In this document: positions 1 to 10,303 of the stretch, piece after piece
Layout of the letters: each line of letters begins with the position of its first letter
Numbering within the stretch: position 1 is the stretch's first letter
Source: Geosiphon pyriformis uo1
Taxonomy: Eukaryota > Fungi > Glomeromycota
Length of the DNA: 64,000 bases
Reading direction: 5' to 3'
NCBI GenBank assembly: GCA_016748015.1
Contig: JAAOMT010000046.1
Location: 62,001 to 126,000 of the forward strand
The notes under the pieces: generated by a model
Told to the model about the DNA's origin: nothing
Seen by the model: only the letters and a program-made list of their open reading frames with translations
The model's database searches: none
Translations under genes and position numbers: made by a program

Positions 1-3000
1 CTATAGATTTAGTAGACTTTTCTGCTAATAATTCTGGTTTTGTTTTGACTAAATTGGGAATTCAATCTAGCACTAAGAAAAAAGCATATGTTAAAAGTGT
101 CTACTTTTATGATTTTTTATACAAGAAACCAAAGAAATTTGAAGTTGTTAATGGGATGGTAGATTTGTCAGCTGGTCTTATATCTGTCAACATTTTGCAA
201 ATTGATATTAATAAATACAAAAAATCTTAAAATAATAAAGTAGATAGCAAAAAAACTAGTGTTAGTAAGATATTAGATATTAAAAACATAAAAAACATGA
301 TTGCTAAAGAAACAAATTACATGAAATCCAATACTTTTAATACTAATAATATAATAGATAATGTAACTCTGAGAACAATATAAATAAGAACATATGTTTT
401 AGGACAGTTGTCTAAAGTGCTATTATTTAATGATTTGAATAGTGATAAAACTAAGTTGGTGTTCTCAGTGTCTACATTTATTGGGTTTAAAAAGTTGCCA
501 TTAGCAGAGTTATGAAGCAAAGATATTAGGAATTTTGGTTTAAACAAATTATTTGCATTGGATATCAACTTATTAGCTGTGTCTGGCAAATCTTCTGATA
601 ATAAATTGATGGCATTAAAAAAGATTTTTTATTGTGTAAATAATTTTGAAAGAGCATTTACTTCCTTAAAATTCTTAGAATTGATTAAGTCTTTTTTTAC
701 TTCAAAATCGAGTTTACAAAAGACTAGAGAATTGGCTATTAATATGAAAATTTTGGTCAATAGTAATGTTAGAAAACCAAACAGCCATTCAAATTAGAAA
801 GTAATCATCAAAAAGATCTTAGTAGATCTCTTCAAATCAGCTATAAAATCAGTGTTTTTTAAATTTGGTAAGATTGTTTCAATTAAGTTGTAATTGATTG
901 GTCTTTGGCAAAAGATCTTAATAGAATTTGAGTCATCAGATATTGCTAATTTAGTTGCCTCCAAATAATCAGTTTTCTTGAAAAAAATTCTGTACATATA
1001 GTATTAACAATTAATGATAAAAAATCATAGATATTTAGGAATCTCTATTAAGCTTTATTGTATACTTTGCCAATTGGTATTATTGTTCATAATTTATCTG
1101 ATTTATTAGAATTATATAGTAAAAAGACTTGTTTTGTTGGTTATAATCTGAGTTTATATGTGTATAATAAGTGTGCTATGGTTTGTTTTGTTAATAAAGC
1201 ATTCAAAATAATTACTATTAGCTATACTCTAGTTTTTAAAGATGTAAACTTGCATTGGACTGGTTTTTTTTTGGCCTGTTGTGCCTAATGCAAACAACTT
1301 AATTATGTTTTTGGTATGTGTTTAGTGGATAAAAATTTTGGTAGTCATAATAAATGTGTAGTAACTTTTCAAAATCAAATTCATTTAGCCAACATATATA
1401 GAAAGAAGCAGGCACTAATTATTTACTCAGTTTTTTTTGGTAATAAAACTTGAACTCAGATTGCTGATGGTTTTACTTCTTGTGTAGTCTCTTTGGTTTT
1501 TTTCAGTATTGGTTTGTTCTTGAATGTGAAATCTCTTTTACTGGCTTTTTTAAATATAAGTGATAAGTTTGCCACTTTTAAGTGTAGTTTTGCTAGCTTT
1601 GTAAAGCAGATTGATAAGCTGGTTAAGAAATTGAACACACTTGGGCCAACAATTTTCCAGTCTAGTCCTAAATATCAGCCATTAGTAACTTTTTTATTAC
1701 AGAATCAAAAGTGATAAGTAAGGATTTAAATGTGGCCACTAGTAATAAGACTGTTATAGAAGTAGTAGTTTTTGACCAAATATTCATTTCAAAATTAAAA
1801 AAGAATATAAACAGTTTGTTGGCTATAGTTATGGCTCTAATGACCAAGATAGACAATTTTAATTTGGGTGTAAAAAATTTCTCTTTTCAATGACAAATTT
1901 GGTTTAAAAAATGGCCACTTGTAATATTAAAGATCTCAATATCTCTGCCAAACAAAAAAATATTGTTTATTGGCATGTGAATTCTGATAACATAGTTTCT
2001 ATTATTAGTGAAACAAAGTTGAGATTTAAAATTAGGCTGTGGATTATAAATAAGTTTGATAGAATTCAAATTTTTACTTCTGATTTGAATAAAGATTTTC
2101 TTGGTGCTGATATTGTTATAATTATGAATAGTTCTCTAGCTTGACATATTTCAAAAGTAGATAAGATCTCAGGTCAGTTGATTTTAATACATTTTTTATT
2201 CAAAAACAAGTTTTTAGTTATTATTCTGGATTTATATACTGGTATATCTGTTGGTACATAATTTGGCCAAGCGTTTAATATCAATTCCATGATTTTTAAA
2301 GTGGTCAATTCTAGCTTATTTATGGTTTTGAGTGGGTTTCAAGTTCTGTTTAAATCTAGATCTAATTAATGTGTTTAGTAGACATTTATTGGCTAAGATT
2401 TTTACTTAGAGCAATTTTAGAGAGATTAAAAAAGTATTGAATTTTATTTTTGTGAATAAAAACCTGGCATCTGCAATAGCATGTCATAAAATCAATGTTG
2501 TGACAAAGTTTTTTAACACTAATTATAAAACAGTTTTAGTATTGATTAGTTTAAATGGTCTTCTAAATGTTTGTCTTAGTAGTATTTATAAGCAAACTAA
2601 TAAAAATAGATAGAAATTTAGGCTAAAAATACAGATAATGCTAAGTAAGTATAATTTAAGGAGCAATTTTTTGATGGATTGTTAGCAAATTCAAATGTGT
2701 TTGAGGAAACATATATCTGTGGTAACTTGAATACAATATTGGAGATATTAAAAAAAGATCATAGTATGTACTATTAATGTAGTGTTTTTTAGACATTAGT
2801 ATAGTGAATATAATTGTTCAAAAAACAAACAATCTTCAAAATTTTTTAAATTGGAATTACTTATTGCAAAAATTGTAAAGAAGTGGAACTTAAAAGATTT
2901 GTTAGAATTTAACTGTCTTGTTTAAATTTGGTTGTTTATTGATGTTGTTGAAACATTTACAATTACTGGCATGGTTTAAAGTAGTATATGTTTGATTAAG

Positions 3001-6000
3001 TTAGTTAAGCATTTGTTAATAATAAGAAAAAAATATTGGAAATCTAAGTATTATAAATTAAAACCATTTGAGGATGCAGTTATTAAGAAAGCAATTGAAT
3101 AATATATGGAAAATTTCTGTTCTGACAAAAAGTGGATAATAAAAAGTATTTTGGAAAAACTGTTTTGCAAAGTTGTTTTGAATTACTTGGTAGCAGGAGA
3201 TAAGCTGATAGTGGAGCCTAATAAAATAAAGCTTAGAGTTGACAAAATCATAAAAAGATGAACAAAAAAATAGTTAGTGTTCCCAAGAATGTTTGATCTT
3301 TGGTTTCACTGTTACAGATAATTATTTGGAGTATTGATACAAATAACAAATCTGTAACTTGGTACTCAATAGCTAAATTATGTTAATAATATCTAAAGGT
3401 TTTGGTATCTGAAGATTTTGGATTAAAGTTCTTTGTATAATAAACAGAAATTTAATGGTTGTTTTTAGTAGCCTCTTGGAGTATTGATTCCATCAAATTT
3501 CTTTCTTTAGTATGGTGGCTGGTTTATTTTGGCAGTTATACCCTTCTAATAAGCTATTTATTAAGTTATAAATTCTATATCTTTATTTCTGGGTCTTTTA
3601 CCAGGCTATTCTTAACGTTAATTAATTAATGCTTAATCCCTTAAATCAACAACAAACAACAAAAGAAAAAAAAATAAAGAAAAAAAAATAAAATAAAATA
3701 AAAGAAGAAATTAATATCCCATCAATAATCATAATCAAGAGCTATTGTTTTAGTGTAGTTAAGTGTTGAATTTTATCAACATAAAATGTTGATAGAATAG
3801 AAATGATTTAATATTTTTTAATCAAGCAATAATAACATGAATTCAAGTAGTAATTAATAATTTATTAATATGTAATGTGAATTTTGAACTGCTTCTAACT
3901 GTGTTTCTTAACTGGAAATTTTAGCTGTGTGTTTTTTCTTTTGTTTCTAATACTTTTGCTATATATACATAATTAATGTTTTATAAGATCTTACATATTT
4001 GTAAACAATGTGCTATAATTTTTTAAGCAATACTTACATTGCTAAGTAATGTGCTTTAATTTACTAACATTGCTTATATTACTAAGCAATGTGTTCTAAT
4101 CTACTGATATTGTTCATATTGCTGAGCAATATGTCATAATTTACCAGCAATGTATTTCTATGTTCAATATTATTCTCTTATTAGTCTATCTGTTTTTCCT
4201 ACTATTTTTCTTATACTTTTTTTTATGAATAATATTGTCAATATATGCTTCTGAATTATGTAAATAATGATGTTTTTTCTGGTATAATGGAGAAGATTAA
4301 TATAAAAAAATTGACTGTGGTTGTTAATAATTTGCCAAATAATAAAGCTACCAGGTTGTTAAAAATACCTAATAAACTTTGGAAACATTGTAGTAAAAAG
4401 ATGTTGAGTTGTCTTTTAATATTATTGAATTTGTGTTTAATTTTGGATACAGTTTTAATTTCTTGAAAAAAAATATGAGTTTCAATGATTTCAAAGTCTT
4501 ATGAATAAAATGATGTCTTAATAAATATTAAGTCTATTATATTGATTAAGACAACTTGGAAAATTTTATTCTAAATCTTTTCTGATCAGATATTATTGAC
4601 ATGCAGTAAATTTGATATTTTTCACAGTAACAACTTTTTAGTGTTAAAATGTACTTTAACTTAGTGTCCTATTTTTGCCATTGGGTTGGTTGTCAAAGAT
4701 ATTCTGAAAAAAAATAAAGAACTTTGATTATTATAGTAAGATATGTGTAAAGCTTATGATTTAGTGGACTGGCATTATTTAAGAGCTAATTTGTAATACA
4801 TTAAAATGTATAATTGATTTATCAAGTTTTTTGGCAACATTTATAAGGATCAGATTAACAAATAATGACAGATTTTAGACTTTCAAATAGTTATAGAATA
4901 CATAATGGTTTAGATTAGGATAAGGTTTTTTTTCTGTTTTTTTGGAGAATTTTTTATGATTTGCTTTTGTGTAAGATCAAAAAACATAAACACTTGTGTA
5001 AATATCAAATTAATACTAGGTTTATGATGAAAACTGGCAGGGTTGAAGCTGTTGGTGGGAAATTTTTTTTTTGCAATTGGTGTTTTTGTTAATAACATAA
5101 TTTGGGTTGGAAGTAGTCAAGCTTTTATATAGTATATTTTGAATATTATTAGTAAATTCTTTAATATTAATAATATCTCAATTAATAATAATAAAACAGT
5201 GGTTATTTTTATTAATCAAGATTTTAAAACTGTTTTTTTGTTGATTAATGGTTTGCTGATTTCAATTGCTAAAAGAAATAAGTTGCACAGATATTTAAGT
5301 ATTTTTTTGTCTACTAAAAGTTTTTTTAAATCTAGTTTGGCTCAAGTTTACATAAATGTCAGGTTTTTTTCCAATGTAATGTTAAGGAAAATAATTACAG
5401 ATAAACAGTTTTTTTACTTAGTTTTGGCTGTCTTGCAGTCTATAGTTAACTATCAGATTTAGTTTAGTTATGTTTTATTGAATATATGTTATAAGTATAA
5501 TATAATAATCAAAAAGAGTCTTAAGACCAAGACTGGTTTACTACATAACTTTTCCAGTAAGACTTTATATCATCTATTTTTGTATGATTTGAAACTTTTT
5601 GAGCAAATACAATTTAAAAAAAAAGTGGTTTCATTGATTTTTTTTTTTAATGTCTAAGGCATTTTTAGGTGTTTGTTTAAGCATAGATTTTTGGATTTAC
5701 AAGTTCTAAAGTAGTCTTTTTTGAATTCTTTGCAGTTTTCTGTTAAGTTGTATATTAGTTTAATAAACAACTTTTTTGAACAATGAGCTATTTTTGATAA
5801 ACAATTTGTCTAATACTTTTTGTGATTCTGGTAGATTTCTAATATCTGGTATTCTGGAACAGTTCTTGTATTATAGTTTTGTTTTTTTTTGAAGCAGTTT
5901 AGTATTGTATTTGATAACAAATTTCTGGACAAAAAAGAAAATATGATGGACTAAAAGACTTTCCAGTAGTAGAAAAAATTAAACCCAAAGGGTTTTGTGT

Positions 6001-6990
6001 CTTATTGATTTATGCTGACATCTGAGTTTTTGTGTAAAGATGTTTTTTTGGAGGTCAGGTCTACCAATATACATAAGTTACTGGAGTTGAACATTTTGAA
6101 ATCTGAGATGTTTTTTAATATACAAAGAGATTTGCTGGAAATTTGGTCTGATTTTATTGAGATCTATACAAATAGATCTTTGAAGTGTGCTGGTTTTGCC
6201 AAAGTAATAAGTAAAACAGCTGCTTACTTTTTGGCTTTGGACATAAGTGTTAGAGTTAAAGTAAATAGGCTTTTGTTCTCTATCTTAACTAAGTTACAGA
6301 TTGTTGCTTTGGTGTTGAAATGTGTTCTATCTTTATGTACTATGGTTTTGTATCTAAACAGCCAATTTGTAATTGGCACATGTATATTCAAAGCTTTATT
6401 TGCTGTGCTTAATTTCTGTAATTAATGTTGGATTAAAAAAAAACATGTTGCCAACCTAATTAAAAATAAAAACATTTCTGTTAAATGAGTAAAAATTAAA
6501 GAACATTTAGAGATTTTGGATAATATTAGGACTAATGTAATGGCCAATAAAGCCACTTTCTCTTTTTTTTCTTGTCAGCTAGAGTTTATGAGCAGTTTTT
6601 GGTAGTTGAAAATATGGTTGTGTCTGGTAATACTTGGGATTTTGTTTGTAATTTGTACTAATTGGTTTGTTATACTTATTGAGAGACTAGTCTTAATTAC
6701 AATATAGTTCTAGATGCCATAATTATAAGAGTCTAGTATTCTAACTTGTATATGCTTTTTAGGTTTACTAATAGAAAATTGGCCAATTTGCACATGTATT
6801 TGATAAAAGTAGTACATAGATGACTGCCAGTAGCAATTAGAAAGAGGTTATATAACAAAGATTATTTTGGTATATTGTGTTTGCTGTATAGTAAAATGGA
6901 GTTGTCTGATTATGTTTTTATTTATGCTGATGATATTGGTATCTGTGAAAACATTTTGGGTAAAGCTTCTAATAAATGAGTGTTATTGGT
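1..6990 (+). mobile_element. Degenerate non-LTR retrotransposon (LINE): ORF1 remnant plus ORF2 APE-RT-RNase H-CCHC; runs off the window at the 5' side, truncated at the 3' side, interrupted by a solo LTR at 3310-4236
   Basis: ORF1 CCHC-like remnant at ~1278-1320. APE endonuclease start 'ATCNIKDLN...SIISETKL' at 1911-2144. RT motifs '(Q)DMCKAYD' ~4735-4760 and decayed 'FVDD' (FVNNIIW) ~5085. RNase H 'IYTNRSL...TKLQIVALVL' at 6160-6560. Collinear with the better preserved LINE at 61370-64000. Many stops from C>T/G>A changes. Confidence 0.9.
3310..4236 (-). mobile_element. Solo LTR of Gypsy family 2, inserted in the LINE ORF2
   Basis: Begins TGTTACAG and ends ...GAATAATA (decayed ...AACA). It is the reverse complement of the LTR at 20139-20983. 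The LINE reading frame resumes across it (W-F-[R]-Q-Y). Flanks TCAC / TTGT fit a decayed 4-bp TSD TCGC. Contains ~4 copies of a ~40-bp repeat at ~4005-4165. Confidence 0.75.
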
Positions 6991-8056
6991 AGGTAAGTCA
7001 GAAAAAATTAGCTGTAAGTCTGTTTATTAATTGTTTATTTGGGTCTTGAGTCTGAGCAATAAAAAAAATAACAGTTATTTAAAGAGCAAAAGCCAAAATA
7101 AAACCAAAAGTAAAAACTAAAAGAATAGATTTTAAATACATTTTTTGGTTATCTTTTATTCTTTAGACAAGTTCAATAGCCATGTCCATAGTAGAATTGT
7201 TTTTCAAGAACAAAAAAAACCAAAGAGCATATAATAAATTAGTTCTCAATTTTTTTGTAAAGGAGTGAATTTTTTGTTTTTCTGTTCAATTTTTTTTAGA
7301 ATTTACTTGTTTAATAAGCTTTTTAATTGTGTTAACATATTTAGTTACAATTTTTTCAAAGCTTTAAATTTTTTTTCCTAATTTTATATGTCATTTGAAG
7401 ATCAAGATAGAAGTTCTGAATTTGTTTTCAAACTGGATAATAAAAAAGATATTTTTTTTTAGCATTTGTTGGTATCTATTTAATAATTTTTTGGTAAGTA
7501 CTAGCATCAGTTTTTTGTAAAAACCAAATAGTAGAAAAGTTTTAAAGATAGCTACCAATAATTTGGAACTTGTAGTTAGTATTATATTAATTGGCTATAA
7601 CTGTTCTTTCAAAGTCATCTAACTATTTAATTAAATCTTAGATATTACTTTTAAATAATAGTAATAAGGTATTGTTTTTTATCTTAAAGCAGTTTTTATA
7701 TCTTGAAGGACAGCCAAAATGTTTACTTACATGAAGTCAGCAGTTATTGATTCAGAAATAGCTGTTTGTATAAAATAGTTTAATTTATTTGAAAAGAAAT
7801 CAAAAACAAAAATGGTTTAATAGCTTTTTTTTTCTGTTTTAAAAAAAGTTTCAATTAACTAGTAGACAGCAATCTAAATATGAATTTGATGATTCAGATA
7901 TTCAAAATTAGGAGGCTATTATTGAAAGATTATTAAGTATAAGATCTAATTAATGTTGTTGTTTTTTCTTTAAGAGTTTTTTCAAAGTAAGCTTAATTAA
8001 AGAAATAAATTGTATAAATTATATAGATTTTAGCTAAATGTTTATTCAGAAACCAG

Positions 8057-8697
8057 TGTTATGGTTGAAACCTATACTTCTTATTAATTATTACATGTAT
8101 TAGCCACTGATGTCATATGATTAGCCACACTATTTTTAGAAAGTAATCATTGACCTGATCATTGACCATGTTTGACAGCTATATAAGCAATGAATCTCTT
8201 AGCTGTAGAAAAGCATGTAATAACAAGCATCTAAATAATCAAGAATAAATAAAATAACAACTTTCATCTCAATCCTTCTCTTATTGCTAATTTCCCTTTG
8301 CCTACCTTCAAGTATCTGAACATCTTAAAGATAAAAGATTACTTGTTGGCCTTTTCCTGACATATATAATTGTAGCATTTGAAGATTATTTGAATAAATG
8401 TGACTAAAAAGCACAAGTTGATACCTGATATTGAATTCTAAGAGTACTGACATGAGACATAGAATTATATTAGTGATGATCAATTGTTGACAGTACAGAC
8501 TATCCCTCTACTTTCAGATTCTCCAGTTACCTTTAAAAAGAATAGCGACTAAGATATTTTATGAGACTGATCTCGCACATTGAATCTATATTCATTCAAT
8601 TCACTCTTTAAAGTTGAATTCCCCTTTGATTATTTCCATTACCCTACAATCCTATTCTCTCTTGCTATCTATTAGCTTGTTATTCCAACTCATAACA
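8057..8697 (+). repeat. 5' LTR of element A (641 bp)
   Basis: Direct repeat of 15028-15753; TG...CA ends; TATATAA at 8180-8186. Confidence 0.95.
8180..8186 (+). promoter_or_regulatory. Putative LTR TATA box (GCTATATAAGC), just downstream of the 12-bp repeat array
   Basis: Motif conserved in the LTRs of elements A, B and C (e.g. ~15235-15241; reverse complement at ~35507-35513). Confidence 0.6.
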
Positions 8698-8703
8698 TAA
8701 AAG

Positions 8704-8720
8704 TGGTGCTCCTTATGAGG
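8704..8720 (+). promoter_or_regulatory. Primer-binding site TGGTGCTC(C/T)(T/C)T(A/G)T(G/A)AGG, complementary to a tRNA 3' end; best fit elongator tRNA-Met, alternative tRNA-Ile(UAU)
   Basis: Starts with TGG 6 nt after the LTR. Copy B reads TGGTGCTCTCTGTAAGG (41924-41940, minus). Resembles the complement of eukaryotic elongator tRNA-Met 3' ends (TGGTGC.C...G.GAGG). Confidence 0.7.
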
Positions 8721-8749
8721 TTGTCAAAATTCACTTATTTCCTTATTGT

Positions 8750-10303
8750 ATGGATAATTATTTATACTTGCTATAGCAATCAGAAGAACACTTTACAGCA
8801 CACAACAGAAATGACCTAAAGTTTATTGAACTCAATCCTCTGCCCTTCTGCTTGATCTGTTTCCCTGTTGAAGAACAATCCAGTAGACAATTTCAAGACT
8901 TTTGGAACTGGTTCTTGAACGAGCATTCGGCTGAAACCTATACAGCTTATACTATCTATTACTTTGATCAAGCTTACTTTGAAAACAATTTTGAAGAAAG
9001 AAATACCAGCATCAATCAGCTTTTATATTCCACAATCTTTGAACAACAGCCCTTTGATTTCGAATATCTGAATTACTAAATCTATATTTGGATTGCTGCT
9101 CACCAACTAGCTGAAAACCCCTTTGAAACAGAAGAAAAAAGTTACCAAACTGCTCTTATTTTTGATATTTTTTTAAGTAAATTAGAGCACTCCACACAAA
9201 CAGTAACTCCTGAACCAATGACCCAAGATTCAATGCAAGCAAACATCCTGGCCACCTTTCAAGGCATACAAACTGCTTTGGGACAAAGAAACAACATCCC
9301 ACTATCATTATTCAGAGGCAATGCACAAGATCCAATTGAATGGTTGGATGACTTTGAAAGAGCTGCTACAGCCAACCAATATAATAATGAGTACAAGTTT
9401 CAAATTGTTGGTGGCTACCTTTAAGGCTCTCCTGCTACCTGGTTCTTACAGAAAACTGATGCTAATGTCCATCAAAGAATCATTAGATGGATGCCAGCAA
9501 ATGCTGGAGAAAACAACACCTCTTTCACAACCCAGTTTGAAAACAAGTTCAGAATCCCAATTTTGATATCCAAGTGGTGCATGGAATTGGAAAGAAGAAC
9601 TCAAGATCCAGGAGAAGTAGTAACTGAATATGTCAAAGCAATTAAAAAGTTAATCAAACGAGTGGACTCTGGAAGAAACTGGACAGAAGAACAAAAGATT
9701 TATTCCTTCACAAAAGGATTGAGAACCGACTTATTCTATGCTCTTTGGCCTCTTTTGGCTCTAAAAGATAATCCTACAATGGACATGGCCATTGAACTTG
9801 TCCAAAGAATTGAAGACAACCAAAAAATGCACTTGGAATTCACACTTCCAGTTTTTGCTCTTGCTCCTGTTATGGCTCCTGCTCCCCAAATGGCTGCTAC
9901 TTCTTTTGCTATCCAAACTCAAGACCCAAATGAATAGTTGATAGATAGACTCACAGCAAATCTTGTTTGGCTATTAGAACCATTAGCCCAAGCAGTCAGA
10001 GATAACTAGCAATCTCAAAGACCCAGATTTGAACCATGCTTCAATTAGCCTCAGCAACCACCTTATCAAAGACAACAAAATCATGATTCACCTGTGTGCT
10101 ATTGCTGTGGATTAACTGGACATTTTTTAAGAGATTGCAACAATCTTCTCTTACCCCCTCCAGCTCCCAGAAACAATGATAACCAAAACAACAGAACTAT
10201 TAACAATAATGCTCCCAATCAAAGACCTAATCATGCCAATATCAATTTCTTTGGAGAGGATCCCCTAGTTGAAGCCACTGTTTATCAGCCTTTAAACTGA
10301 TAG
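8750..10303 (+). pseudogene. gag: Gag of element A (518 codons including stop; several premature stops)
   Basis: Capsid-like 'LFRGNAQDPIEWLDDFERAATANQY' and zinc knuckle CYxCGLTGHFxRDC at ~10097-10140. Same length as B gag (41894-40341). Confidence 0.85.
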
